DNA of 64,000 bases from Gammaproteobacteria bacterium (GCA_049591455.1 JBAWFA010000004.1:157138-221137), one strand, 5' to 3'. Positions 48,680-57,897 are shown, numbered from the stretch's first letter. Made by a program: numbers and translations. Notes: generated from the sequence alone by a model not told the origin.

Positions 48680-49173
48680 CGCGGCGCTCCCGCGAGCCGC
48701 GCGCGCAGCGTGCGGCTGTGGGCGTGACAGATGGCCACCGCCAGCGCGTCGGCACTGTCAGCCTGCAAACGGCCTTGCAGACCGAGAAGCAGCTTCACCA
48801 TGTGTTGCACCTGTTCCTTGCCGGCGCTGCCTTTGCCGGTGAGAGCCAGTTTCACCTCCCTCGGTGTGTATTCATGCAGCGGCAGCGGACGGCTCAATGT
48901 GGCACAGATAGCGGCGGCGCGCGCCTGGCCGAGTTTAAGGGCGCTGTCGGCATTCTTGTGCACGAAGGCTTTTTCCACTGCCAGTTCCTGTGGCTTGAAT
49001 TCATTGAGCACAACGCCCACGCCGTAAAAAATATCCCGCAGCCGTTCGGCGAATTCTCCGCCTGAAGTGCGGATGCAACCACTGGCCACGTGTTTCAAAT
49101 CCTGTCCGTCGTTATCCACCACACCGTAACCCGTGTACAGGGAACCCGGATCAATGCCCAGGATGCGGATCAC
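48676..49173 (-). CDS. ruvC: Holliday junction resolvase RuvC
   Basis: ILGIDPGSLYTGYGV N-terminus and the ...ADALAVAICHA C-terminal motif. Confidence 0.9.
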   Translation of the reverse strand: MIRILGIDPGSLYTGYGVVDNDGQDLKHVASGCIRTSGGEFAERLRDIFYGVGVVLNEFKPQELAVEKAFVHKNADSALKLGQARAAAICATLSRPLPLHEYTPREVKLALTGKGSAGKEQVQHMVKLLLGLQGRLQADSADALAVAICHAHSRTLRARLAGAPR

Positions 49174-49183
49174 TCACGCACAC

Positions 49184-49927
49184 TCATGAAGCTTTCAGCA
49201 TTGCGTCGGGAAATTCGGCATTGGAATGCACGATCTGCACGTCGTCGAGGTTTTCCAGCGCCTCCAGCAATTCCAGTACCGATTGTGCCCGGACCATATC
49301 CAGTATCACAGAAGTGGACGCGCGCTGGGTGATGTCCGCCGCAGTGGGCTTGAGGCCGGCCTTTTCCATATCGGCTTTCACCTTGTGAAATGTCGCCGGG
49401 TCCGTCAGCACCTCAAAACCACCCACTCCATCGGCAATGACATCCTCGGCGCCAGCGTCCAAGGCTGCTTCCATAACCCTGTCCTCGCCAAGACTCGCGG
49501 GAAACATCAGTACGCCGCACTTGTTGAACAGATAAGCCACGGAGCCATCGGCGCCCAGATTGCCGCCGTGTTTGGCAAACGCGTGGCGCACTTCGCCCAC
49601 GGTGCGAGTACGGTTGTCCGTCAGGCATTCCACGATGATGGCCACGCCGCCCGGCCCGTAACCCTCATAGCGTGCTTCCTCATAGGCCGCGTCTTCCAGT
49701 TTGCCCGCGCCGCGCTTGATGGCACGTTCAATGGTGTCCTTGGTCATATTGGCGCCGAGGGCGTTGTCCACCGCCAACCGCAGACGCGGATTGGTATCCG
49801 GATCCGGATCACCATGGCGCGCGGCGATGGTGATCTCACGGATCAGGCGTGTGAACAGCTTGCCGCGCTTGGCGTCCTGGGCGTTTTTGCGGTGCTGGAT
49901 GTTAGCCCATTTGCTGTGACCGGACAT
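49184..49927 (-). CDS. yebC: YebC/PmpR-family transcriptional regulator
   Basis: MSGHSKWANIQHRKNAQDAKRGKLFTRL is the canonical family N-terminus. Confidence 0.9.
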   Translation of the reverse strand: MSGHSKWANIQHRKNAQDAKRGKLFTRLIREITIAARHGDPDPDTNPRLRLAVDNALGANMTKDTIERAIKRGAGKLEDAAYEEARYEGYGPGGVAIIVECLTDNRTRTVGEVRHAFAKHGGNLGADGSVAYLFNKCGVLMFPASLGEDRVMEAALDAGAEDVIADGVGGFEVLTDPATFHKVKADMEKAGLKPTAADITQRASTSVILDMVRAQSVLELLEALENLDDVQIVHSNAEFPDAMLKAS

Positions 49928-49948
49928 GAAATTATCCGCGCTGTCTCA

Positions 49949-50527
49949 TCAGAAACTGAGGTTTAAGCCGACCATGAAGGTGCTATCCAGCGTTACAGTA
50001 CTAGTGCCAGTGAAGGCTGCGGAGATATGGCGGTAGCCCACATACAGCTCTGCGTTGCGCAGTATCTCGTAACCAGCGGTCATGCCGTATTGCAGATAGC
50101 GGTCGGCGTTGTTGAACGACACGATCTTGGGCGCGTAATACAGTTCGCCGCCGATGGTGAAGCGGTTGTAGGTGGGCCAGACGTAATTGAAATGGCCGCC
50201 GAGACCCAGCACCGTGCCGTTGCCGTCATATTGTTTCGGACTGATGAAAAACAGCTTGCCGCCTACACCGAAGATAAATGGTGAACCCACCGGATTGGCA
50301 TTCCCCACCACCAGCAGGCCGGCGCTGCCGATGTCCACGGAGTCGATATGATGCAGATAACCGACATCGCCTTCCAACCCGGTGTTGGTAAGGTTGGCAG
50401 CATAGTTGATGGATGCGGCATTGCTCCCGAGATTGATGTCCAGATTGTTTGCCTGGGTGGCAAACGCCGTGATGGAAAGCGCCATAAAAAGGCCTGCACT
50501 GCGTAACAGCATAAATAATCTCCTCAA
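49949..50527 (-). CDS. Small outer-membrane beta-barrel protein (YfaZ-like)
   Basis: Signal peptide, alternating beta-strand pattern and a C-terminal ...VGLNLSF with terminal Phe (OMP beta-signal). Confidence 0.55.
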   Translation of the reverse strand: MRRLFMLLRSAGLFMALSITAFATQANNLDINLGSNAASINYAANLTNTGLEGDVGYLHHIDSVDIGSAGLLVVGNANPVGSPFIFGVGGKLFFISPKQYDGNGTVLGLGGHFNYVWPTYNRFTIGGELYYAPKIVSFNNADRYLQYGMTAGYEILRNAELYVGYRHISAAFTGTSTVTLDSTFMVGLNLSF

Positions 50528-50606
50528 GCGTGAAAACAGGACTGATTAGAGTGGATATATGATAACGGTAAACCCGTGAAACCGCAGCTTTATTGCCGCT
50601 GAAATC

Positions 50607-52709
50607 ATGAACAACGCGCTCTCCTTGCTGCCATCACCCGCGTCCATCGTGGCAGAACTCTCGCGGCTCGCGCCGACAGTTTTACCGATCGACGTGCGCG
50701 AACGGGCCGAGGGCGTGGCCGTCATCCTCGCTGGCCTGGAACTGGACACGACTCTCACTGAGGCGGGTTATGCGTTGCCACTTCTGGAAACAGGTGTCTG
50801 GACTTCTGAGACACTGCCGCCACAGCTTGATTCCGAGGCCGTGCGGCTCGCTCAGGAAGTGCTTGTGCTGCCGGCGGTGGAAGGTATCGGCGTTCAGACC
50901 GGTCGGTTAGCATCGCCGGATCAGGTGGAAAACCTGCGCAAGCTGTTGCTGGCGGCGATCCGCGACGCACGCGTGCTGGTCATCCTCTTGGCTGGGCGCC
51001 TATACGATCTGCGCGTGGCCAAGCAACTGCCGGCTGAGAAACAGCAGACGCTAGCGCGAGCTACGCGGGAAATCTATGCACCCCTGGCCAACCGACTTGG
51101 TATATGGCAGCTCAAATGGGAACTGGAAGATTTGGCGTTCCGCTATCTGGAACCACACAACTATCGCCAAGTGGCTGCCTGGCTGAACGAACGGCGCGCT
51201 GACCGGGAAACTTTTGTCAGCCGCGTTGTAGCGGCATTAGAGCTGGAACTTGGCAAAGCCGGCATCGCGGCGTCGGTGGCGGGTCGACCGAAACACATCT
51301 ACAGCATCTGGCGCAAAATGCAGCGTAAGCAAATGCAATTCAATGAACTGCACGATATTCGCGCGGTGCGGGTGTTGGTGGGTAGCGTGGCAGACTGCTA
51401 CGCGGCCTTGGGCGTGGTGCATACGCTCTGGCACCCCATTCGGCGGGAATTCAACGATTACATCAGCGCCCCCAAGGATAATTACTACCGCTCCCTGCAC
51501 ACTGCAGTCATGGGTTCCGACGACCGGCCCATGGAAATCCAGATTCGTACACGAGAAATGCACCAGCACGCGGAACTGGGAGTGGCCGCACACTGGCGTT
51601 ACAAGGAGGGCGGACGTTTCGACGCTGGACTCGAAACCCGCCTCAGCTGGATGCGCCAGTTGCTTGCAGCCGGAGACAGCGGCGCAGATTTCATTGATCA
51701 CTTCCGCGCGGAACTGGTGGACGAGCGCGTCTATGTACTCACTCCGAAAGGTGAAGTGTTGGATCTACCTCACGGCGCCACGCCGCTGGATTTCGCCTAT
51801 TACATCCACACCGACATGGGACATCGCTGCCGAGGCGCGCGAGTAAACGGCCGGATGGCGCCGCTCACCCAGGTACTGGAAACTGGCGACCAAGTGGAAA
51901 TCCTTACCCGGCGTGAGCGGTTGCCGAGCCGCGACTGGCTAAATCAGCCATCGGGATTCCTGGCCACGCCGCGGGCCCGTGACAAAGTGCGCGCCTTCTT
52001 CCGTACCCAGGATTGGGAACAAAATCTACGCTACGGCCGCGAGGTCCTGGATCGGGAACTGGTGCGGTTGGGTCTGCGGGATTTTCGCCACGAGCGCCTG
52101 CTGGAACAATTTCAATATGCAAGTCTCGATGATCTGTTCGTGGCCTTGGGTGCCGGTGACATCACCACCGCCCAGATCGCCGGCGCCTTGCAGCGGGAAC
52201 TGGCCACACGTGCTCCGCCTGCTCCCATCGCCACGTCTCTGCGCATACAACCTCACAGCGCCCCGGGATCCGCCGTGTGGGTGGCTGGCATCGGCAACCT
52301 GCTCACCCATCTCGCCCGCTGTTGTCATCCGCTACCGGAAGAATCCATCTGCGGCTACGTGACCCGCGGCCGCGGCATCAGTGTGCACCGGGCGGATTGC
52401 ACCAATTTCAGGCGTTTGCTAATACGCGCGCCGGATCGAGAACTGCCCGTAAGCTGGCAAACGGGCGGATCTGCCTATCCCGCCGACGTGGTGATGGAGG
52501 CGGAAAAACGCCGCAATTTGGTCCCGGAACTGACGGCGGTTGTCGCCCACGAAAAAATCCAGTTGCTGGCTCTGCATACCCAAGCGACAGCCAGTGGCAG
52601 TCCGGAGGTGTTGCGGTTGAGCTTGTCCGTGACGGGCCTTGAAGAACTCAGGCGGCTGCTGGTGCGGCTCGCCCAGGTACCCGGCGTGATACGAGTGGCA
52701 AGGGCTTAG
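50607..52709 (+). CDS. relA: RelA-type (p)ppGpp synthetase (GTP pyrophosphokinase)
   Basis: Synthetase motif DYISAPKDNYYRSLHTAV, TGS domain (VYVLTPKGEVLDLPHGATPLDFAY) and a C-terminal ACT-like domain. I see no intact HD hydrolase motif in the N-terminal region. Confidence 0.85.
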   Translation: MNNALSLLPSPASIVAELSRLAPTVLPIDVRERAEGVAVILAGLELDTTLTEAGYALPLLETGVWTSETLPPQLDSEAVRLAQEVLVLPAVEGIGVQTGRLASPDQVENLRKLLLAAIRDARVLVILLAGRLYDLRVAKQLPAEKQQTLARATREIYAPLANRLGIWQLKWELEDLAFRYLEPHNYRQVAAWLNERRADRETFVSRVVAALELELGKAGIAASVAGRPKHIYSIWRKMQRKQMQFNELHDIRAVRVLVGSVADCYAALGVVHTLWHPIRREFNDYISAPKDNYYRSLHTAVMGSDDRPMEIQIRTREMHQHAELGVAAHWRYKEGGRFDAGLETRLSWMRQLLAAGDSGADFIDHFRAELVDERVYVLTPKGEVLDLPHGATPLDFAYYIHTDMGHRCRGARVNGRMAPLTQVLETGDQVEILTRRERLPSRDWLNQPSGFLATPRARDKVRAFFRTQDWEQNLRYGREVLDRELVRLGLRDFRHERLLEQFQYASLDDLFVALGAGDITTAQIAGALQRELATRAPPAPIATSLRIQPHSAPGSAVWVAGIGNLLTHLARCCHPLPEESICGYVTRGRGISVHRADCTNFRRLLIRAPDRELPVSWQTGGSAYPADVVMEAEKRRNLVPELTAVVAHEKIQLLALHTQATASGSPEVLRLSLSVTGLEELRRLLVRLAQVPGVIRVARA

Positions 52710-52855
52710 CCGGGGGTTCCCTTCGGAACGGACATGGACTAGATTTCGTCCATCGTGGAGACGAGGAACGGATCATCCGAGGCGAACCCCGCAACCAGTC
52801 CCAGCCCTCTGTCATCGGCCGCATCAGCCGGTTTTCAGCCTACACCCTGCTTTCC

Positions 52856-53725
52856 GTGATTCCCTTCCTGGTGGCAGGGACCCTTGTCTGGCACTACGGG
52901 CATGCCCCCCCTTCCTCCACGCCGCTCATTGCCCAGATCCAGCTCATTCCCATCAAACCACCTTCCGCCGCGGCATTGGAAAACATCTTTTCCAGCGAGG
53001 ATTACTCCTGGCCACCCCAGGACACGGTGCCCCCCTACGCCATCGAAAGCCTCCCCTACGGCCTCAATACCTTGGATCCGGAGGAAAGGAAGACGGTATT
53101 TTTCAGGGCTCTGCTGCCCATCGTGCTGGCTGAAAATCTGCGCATTTGGAACCAGCGGGTATTCCTCTTGCAGGAATTCGGTGGAGGCAGCATTGATCCC
53201 CAATCCGATGCCGGGCAGGAACTGGCCGCCATCGCAGATCAATACAAGGTCACGGGCGATCTGAACGACCCGAAAGTTCGGGAAACACTGCTCAACCGGG
53301 TGGACATCGTGCCGATCGCGCTGGTACTGGCCCAAGCGGCCCAGGAAAGCGGCTGGGGTACCTCGCGCTTCGCTTTGGAGGGCAACAACCTGTTCGGCAT
53401 CTGGACCTGGGATGCGGACCAGGGAAGCGTGCCGGTTGACCGCCCCGGCGATGCCAATCACTTGGTGCGCGTCTATCCTGATGTGCAGACTTCGGTGCGT
53501 GCCTACTTGCACAACATAAATATTGGCTTTGCCTATGTGGATTTCCGAAATCAGCGCGCTCAAATGCGCGCCACCGGCAAACAGCTGGACGCACTTCAAC
53601 TCGCCGGTGCGCTGAACCGCTATTCGATCACCGGCGATGCTTACATTGAAAATATCCGCGCCATGATCCGCGGCAACGAACTGAGCAAACTCTCCAACCT
53701 CTCACTCGCCAATCTCGGGGAATAA
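52856..53725 (+). CDS. Glucosaminidase-domain protein (Bax/FlgJ-C-like muramidase)
   Basis: LAQAAQESGWGTSRFALEGNNLFGIW motif of the mannosyl-glycoprotein endo-beta-N-acetylglucosaminidase family. It has a GTG start, and the real start could be further upstream. Confidence 0.7.
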   Translation: MIPFLVAGTLVWHYGHAPPSSTPLIAQIQLIPIKPPSAAALENIFSSEDYSWPPQDTVPPYAIESLPYGLNTLDPEERKTVFFRALLPIVLAENLRIWNQRVFLLQEFGGGSIDPQSDAGQELAAIADQYKVTGDLNDPKVRETLLNRVDIVPIALVLAQAAQESGWGTSRFALEGNNLFGIWTWDADQGSVPVDRPGDANHLVRVYPDVQTSVRAYLHNINIGFAYVDFRNQRAQMRATGKQLDALQLAGALNRYSITGDAYIENIRAMIRGNELSKLSNLSLANLGE

Positions 53726-53844
53726 AAGCCGGCCACGCTGCGCTGGTATACAACATCAAAGCTCAGGGTGCATGTGCGCACCCCGAATAAAAATGCATTT
53801 GGCTGATTTCACGACTTCCTGTCATTCAATGCATCCCGCCACAG

Positions 53845-53930
53845 TGTCTCCTGATGCCGACAGCCATAAGTCAGCACCAATTCAATGACTTGGATACCTG
53901 TTAAATTTGAACCGTCGCTGAGAAACGACA
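53845..53930 (+). promoter_or_regulatory. Upstream activator sites for P1 (TGTC-N10-GACA at 53845-53862; CGTC-N10-GACA at 53913-53930)
   Basis: The sites read TGTCtcctgatgccGACA and CGTCgctgagaaacGACA. They start 68 bp apart, and the second lies about 104 bp upstream of the sigma-54 promoter. The same geometry recurs at P2 and P3. Confidence 0.65.
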
Positions 53931-54016
53931 GTTTCACCGGCTATGTATCATTCCGGAGCAGGTCTCATTTCCAATTAAATCCGATAACTTACTGTAATTA
54001 AACGATATGTAATTTC

Positions 54017-54032
54017 TGGCATGGCGTTTGCC
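54017..54032 (+). promoter_or_regulatory. Sigma-54 (-24/-12) promoter P1
   Basis: TGGCAT-ggcgt-TTGCC, with GG and GC in canonical spacing. It lies about 66 nt upstream of ATG 54098. Confidence 0.75.
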
Positions 54033-54097
54033 TGATTTATGGACAGAAACACTGAACCCGAAATGTTCTCATCCGATCACCCATTCAGGAGACCGTC

Positions 54098-54430
54098 ATG
54101 AAAGCTGTAGTTGCAATGATTTTGACTGCGCTTCTGTCGCTTGGGTTTGGCAGTGTCTATGCCCAGACCATGCCATCGCCTCACGCTACACCGGCACCGA
54201 CACCTGCCAGCCAGCCCACGCCGCCACCGGCTCCCAAGGCCAAGCCAGTACCTGCAAAGACCCGGACAAAACCTGCCTGCATGCACGAAGACACTGCTAA
54301 TCACGATACCAAGATGATCGTAGGCCAGAGTGAGGCAGCCTGGACGAAAGCTAAAAATCGCAGCCGGCAGAAAACCCAGGCACTCAAACCGCCAGCCTGC
54401 GTTCCACCGGGCACAGGAGATTTGCCATGA
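54098..54430 (+). CDS. Small secreted Pro-rich protein (110 aa)
   Basis: RBS caggag; signal peptide MKAVVAMILTALLSLGFGSVYA. The mature part is Pro/Thr/Ala/Lys-rich with two Cys and a His/Met patch (ACMHEDTANHDTKM). Confidence 0.6.
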   Translation: MKAVVAMILTALLSLGFGSVYAQTMPSPHATPAPTPASQPTPPPAPKAKPVPAKTRTKPACMHEDTANHDTKMIVGQSEAAWTKAKNRSRQKTQALKPPACVPPGTGDLP

Positions 54431-54720
54431 CTCAGCAGTTGTTCAGACATAGGGGTTTCACCATCAAAGTGATCACTCATGAACTATTCTCGAGCAACAG
54501 TTTCTCAAACAACCATTTGGGATGGCACGCTTGCTCGATCGTGATTTCGCGAGACATGGAAGGTGAACATCATTACCACGAAGAATCTCTGCATCCCGGC
54601 AGGATATCAGTTACACCTGAACGCGCCGTGGAATACGGCAGAAAATACGCGCTGCGCATCATAGATGAAGAAATTCTGTATGCAAACTTGAGTAAATTCC
54701 TGTCAGCCCGCCCGATATAG
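54427..54720 (+). CDS. Hypothetical cytoplasmic 97-aa protein, paralog A
   Basis: It overlaps the upstream gene by ATGA. It is a paralog of 57120..57407, sharing the pattern GF.(I/V)KVI..E...(gap)...PG.I.VT.ERA.E.G..YA...ID. It has a His-rich patch EGEHHYHEESLH. Confidence 0.6.
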   Translation: MTQQLFRHRGFTIKVITHELFSSNSFSNNHLGWHACSIVISRDMEGEHHYHEESLHPGRISVTPERAVEYGRKYALRIIDEEILYANLSKFLSARPI

Positions 54721-54774
54721 CATGTTCTTCTGACGCATCCGGCAAACAACCAGTACACGCAATGGAGGCTCCAA

Positions 54775-55482
54775 ATGAATACGCCAGTCAATCCGGACAT
54801 CGCCAACATCATTAATCCGCCCAATCTGTCACTGGGACAGTTGCTCCTGCATGCGGACCCGGTTGTCCAGGCGGTCATCCTGGTGTTGCTGATATTTTCC
54901 ATATGGAGCTGGGCGGTAATGGTGCAAAAGGCCTTCGAATTGCATCGTGCAAAACGCACGGTCAGCAAACTTGAAATCGCCATCGAGAACGGTCAGACAC
55001 CGGACGAAATTGGCGTGGATGAATCCCATCCCGCGGCCTTGTTGATCCAGGTGGGTGTTCGGGAAGCCCAATCGCTGCCGGGATCAAAGACGCAAGAATC
55101 CCAGGCCGAAGAGCGTGAGCGCATTGAACGCAGCATGCGGAATGCTCTCAGCCACGAAATGCGCCGCATCCAGAAACGTTTGCCGGTGCTCGCCACCGTC
55201 GGCTCGGTTGCGGTATTCATCGGTCTGTTCGGCACCGTCTGGGGAATCATGAACAGCTTTACGGCCATCGCCCAGGCTCATGACACCAGCCTCGCAGTGG
55301 TTGCGCCGGGTATCGCCCAAGCGCTCATCGGCACGGCCGCGGGTCTGGTGGCGGCGATTCCCGCCGTCATCGGTTACAACAAATTTGTCACAGAGATGGG
55401 CTATTACGCCGGACGCTTGCAGACACTCATCAGCACCTGCGGCGGCCTGCTGGTCAAAGGTATCCGCGGGGAGGGCGATTGA
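54775..55482 (+). CDS. exbB: ExbB (MotA/TolQ/ExbB family)
   Basis: Three TM segments and a conserved block VFIGLFGTVWGIMNSF. It is followed directly by exbD and tonB. Confidence 0.85.
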   Translation: MNTPVNPDIANIINPPNLSLGQLLLHADPVVQAVILVLLIFSIWSWAVMVQKAFELHRAKRTVSKLEIAIENGQTPDEIGVDESHPAALLIQVGVREAQSLPGSKTQESQAEERERIERSMRNALSHEMRRIQKRLPVLATVGSVAVFIGLFGTVWGIMNSFTAIAQAHDTSLAVVAPGIAQALIGTAAGLVAAIPAVIGYNKFVTEMGYYAGRLQTLISTCGGLLVKGIRGEGD

Positions 55483-55483
55483 C

Positions 55484-55966
55484 ATGGCCATGAACCTTGC
55501 GCGCAGTGCTCCCCCTGACGACGAGCTTTCCGGTTATCACCCCATGGCGGAAATCAATGTAACGCCACTGGTGGACGTGATGCTGGTATTGCTCATCATT
55601 TTCATGATTACCGCGCCCCTGATGATGGCGCAATTGCCCATCGAGCTGCCGAGAACCAGCGCCGCGGAACTGGGCAAACCCAAGCAACCACTGATCGTGA
55701 GCCTGGATGCGAAAGGCCAGTTTTACCTTGGCGGCAAGCCGGTAGCGGCGGTTGACCTGCCGGCGCAGCTCAAAACTCTCGCCAGCCAGGATCCGGACCA
55801 GACCGTCTATGTTCGCGCCGACAAAACCATCCCCTACGGACAAGTGATGGCATTGCTGGGAGAAGTGGGTCAATCGGGTTTTTACAAGATATCTTTGATC
55901 AGCAAGCAGGCAGGCGCACCCCCGGGCACGAAGTCAGATACGCAGACAAACACACCGCCGGGCTGA
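55484..55966 (+). CDS. exbD: ExbD
   Basis: AEINVTPLVDVMLVLLIIFMITAPLM motif. ATG 55484 lies 1 nt after the exbB stop; the longer listed ORF is an out-of-context extension. Confidence 0.85.
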   Translation: MAMNLARSAPPDDELSGYHPMAEINVTPLVDVMLVLLIIFMITAPLMMAQLPIELPRTSAAELGKPKQPLIVSLDAKGQFYLGGKPVAAVDLPAQLKTLASQDPDQTVYVRADKTIPYGQVMALLGEVGQSGFYKISLISKQAGAPPGTKSDTQTNTPPG

Positions 55967-55969
55967 ATC

Positions 55970-56587
55970 ATGACCCGGTTCAGCCACAGCTTCGAGATTT
56001 CCGTGGGCATTCACGCCGCGGTGATTGGGCTTGTGATCCTGCTGGCTTATTATCATCCTGCCACGCCGTTGCCACCTTCAAATGCCTCATTGGCAAACGC
56101 CATTGCGGTAACTGTCGCCCCGCCGCCACTGCCACAATCACCGCCGCAGCCACCTCAACCGCAGCCGGCTCCGCCAGTGCCGCAGCCGCCACCCCAAACC
56201 ATTTCCACCCAAGCCTCACAGGCGGACATTACCACCCCGCCGCCCAAGAGCGTACCTCTTCCGTCACCGCCGCAACCCGCCCAAACGCAGACAACACCCC
56301 TGGAAGCCACTTATGCACAGATTGTGAGCGCCATCCTGGAGGCGAATAAACGCTATCCGCGGGAAGCGCTGATGGCCGGCGATGAAGGCACCGTGGTGAT
56401 CTCGTTCATCCTCAACCGCGAAGGTACCGTGCTCGCGTATAGCATTGAACAGTCTTCCGGTCAGCCGATTTTCGATGAAGCGGTGAAACGTCTGATCCAG
56501 CGCGTGCATTTTCCACCTTTCCCGCGAGGGGATCTTAGCCAGCGCAAAACCTTTAAAGTACCGATTCAGTTCGAGTTGAATAGTTGA
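55970..56587 (+). CDS. tonB: TonB
   Basis: N-terminal TM anchor, a Pro-rich spacer (PPPLPQSPPQPPQPQPAPPVPQPPPQ) and a C-terminal TonB domain (YPREALMAGDEGTVVISFIL...). Confidence 0.85.
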   Translation: MTRFSHSFEISVGIHAAVIGLVILLAYYHPATPLPPSNASLANAIAVTVAPPPLPQSPPQPPQPQPAPPVPQPPPQTISTQASQADITTPPPKSVPLPSPPQPAQTQTTPLEATYAQIVSAILEANKRYPREALMAGDEGTVVISFILNREGTVLAYSIEQSSGQPIFDEAVKRLIQRVHFPPFPRGDLSQRKTFKVPIQFELNS

Positions 56588-56596
56588 TGCCAAGCC

Positions 56597-56681
56597 TGTC
56601 TCAGGACAACGACAGAATGTTTTCAATTAAATTCAAGAAATTGGCGATTTGTGAGCCAATTCGCGTCGTTCCAGGACGACA
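56597..56681 (+). promoter_or_regulatory. Upstream activator sites for P2 (TGTC-N10-GACA at 56597-56614; CGTC-N10-GACA at 56664-56681)
   Basis: The sites read TGTCtcaggacaacGACA and CGTCgttccaggacGACA. They start 67 bp apart, and the second lies about 102 bp upstream of the promoter. Confidence 0.65.
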
Positions 56682-56765
56682 GTTTTCCATATCAACGCCC
56701 GTGAACCAGCAATTAGACATCAACGCAATTCTGTAACTCCTTGAAAAAATACATCACTTTATTTC

Positions 56766-56781
56766 TGGCATGGCATTTGCT
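56766..56781 (+). promoter_or_regulatory. Sigma-54 (-24/-12) promoter P2
   Basis: TGGCAT-ggcat-TTGCT within the shared context atttcTGGCATGG..TTGC. Confidence 0.75.
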
Positions 56782-56858
56782 CGCATAACAGCCAAGAAGC
56801 GGTAAAGAAATTGCATTCACAGGCCCATATATCACTCGACACCGCATCAGGAGGTACC

Positions 56859-57092
56859 ATGAAACCCGGACACGTGACAGTATTGATAACGTTGTTGGTT
56901 CTCGGTTCCGTCGCTGGCTGCACCAGCAAGAGTCAGCAGAATGACCAGCAAACGACACCCGCACCGGCAACCCAGCAGGCGCCCGCCCCTGCCACTCAAT
57001 CAGCTCCCACTCCAACCACTCAGCAGGCACCCCAGCACACCACTCACAGGGCTGCGACGAATGCCGACCAGCAACTGCCACCGCCGCTCTGA
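56859..57092 (+). CDS. Small Gln/Pro/Thr-rich lipoprotein (77 aa)
   Basis: RBS aggagg; lipobox LGSVAGC. It has a low-complexity QQAP/TPAP mature region and ends ...LPPPL, like the 57439 paralog. Confidence 0.6.
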   Translation: MKPGHVTVLITLLVLGSVAGCTSKSQQNDQQTTPAPATQQAPAPATQSAPTPTTQQAPQHTTHRAATNADQQLPPPL

Positions 57093-57119
57093 TAAGCCCG
57101 CTTACACAGGAGAGTTGTC

Positions 57120-57407
57120 ATGGCTCATAAAATCTTTGGCTACAAGGGTTTTGTCGTAAAAGTCATACCCCGCGAAGTTATCACCGGGAAATCAGCTGCT
57201 AGCAGATGTATCCGATATGCTGCATCCGTCGTGATCATGCGCTTCACAGGCGCTTCGCGACAGAAGTATGAAATGCGCTGTTATCCAGGCGGCATCTGCG
57301 TAACGCGGGAACGAGCGCTGGAATTAGGCACGGACTATGCCACGCATGTCATTGACGACGATTTTTCCAATGCGTCCGTGACAGAGCAGCAAGCATCCTT
57401 TTCCTGA
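57120..57407 (+). CDS. Hypothetical cytoplasmic 95-aa protein, paralog B
   Basis: Paralog of 54427..54720 (MAHKIFGYKGFVVKVIPREV...PGGICVTRERALELGTDYATHVID). RBS aggag. Confidence 0.6.
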   Translation: MAHKIFGYKGFVVKVIPREVITGKSAASRCIRYAASVVIMRFTGASRQKYEMRCYPGGICVTRERALELGTDYATHVIDDDFSNASVTEQQASFS

Positions 57408-57438
57408 ACCATCCACACAACCCAGCAAGGAGACAATC

Positions 57439-57633
57439 ATGAAAAGCGCATATACAGCCATCCCCGCAATACTACTGCTCGCCGGCTTGGTGGCCGGTTG
57501 CTCCGGGAATGCGCCCGACCAGACAGGAAGTACACAGGCGCCACAATCTACAACTCAACAGGCGCCGACGCCCACGACTCAGTCGTCGGCACCCGCATCC
57601 ACTACCCAGCAAGTACCGCCACCACCACTGTGA
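57439..57633 (+). CDS. Small Gln/Pro/Thr-rich lipoprotein (64 aa)
   Basis: RBS aaggag; lipobox LVAGC. The TQQAPTPTTQ repeats and the C-terminal PPPPL resemble 56859..57092. Confidence 0.55.
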   Translation: MKSAYTAIPAILLLAGLVAGCSGNAPDQTGSTQAPQSTTQQAPTPTTQSSAPASTTQQVPPPPL

Positions 57634-57659
57634 TCGCATAGCAATATGTGCCAGCAGAT

Positions 57660-57683
57660 CCCCGGCCGATTTTCTGGCCGGGG
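57660..57683 (+). terminator. GC-rich hairpin after the P2 operon (terminator candidate, no U-tract)
   Basis: ccccggcc-gattttct-ggccgggg, an 8-bp perfect stem 27 nt after the stop of the 57439 gene. Confidence 0.4.
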
Positions 57684-57727
57684 ACGCGAACAGCGAGGCT
57701 TGATTTGAACCTGCCATGTCCCCATGC

Positions 57728-57812
57728 TGTCTCCTGCTGCCGACAGGTCCATTCCGATTCAATTCAGCACCTTGTGAATTCATGCGACTGTCCATGTCTC
57801 GTCACGGCAACA
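57728..57812 (+). promoter_or_regulatory. Upstream activator sites for P3 (TGTC-N10-GACA at 57728-57745; TGTC-N10-AACA at 57795-57812)
   Basis: TGTCtcctgctgccGACA is 17/18 identical to the P1 distal site. The second site, TGTCtcgtcacggcAACA, starts 67 bp downstream and lies about 103 bp upstream of the promoter. Confidence 0.6.
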
Positions 57813-57897
57813 GCTTTCTGGCATTGGGATTTGATCTCAACCCGCATAACACCCTCAGATAACGGCAGCTCGGGGCAAAACAGCGCAGCTTCGATTC

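Noticed and set aside
57819-57834. Fourth sigma-54-like motif TGGCAT-tggga-TTTGA, 79 nt upstream of P3
   Set aside because: The -12 element lacks the GC dinucleotide (TTTGA instead of TTGC), and it overlaps the proximal activator-site position. It is probably a degenerate copy, not a functional promoter.
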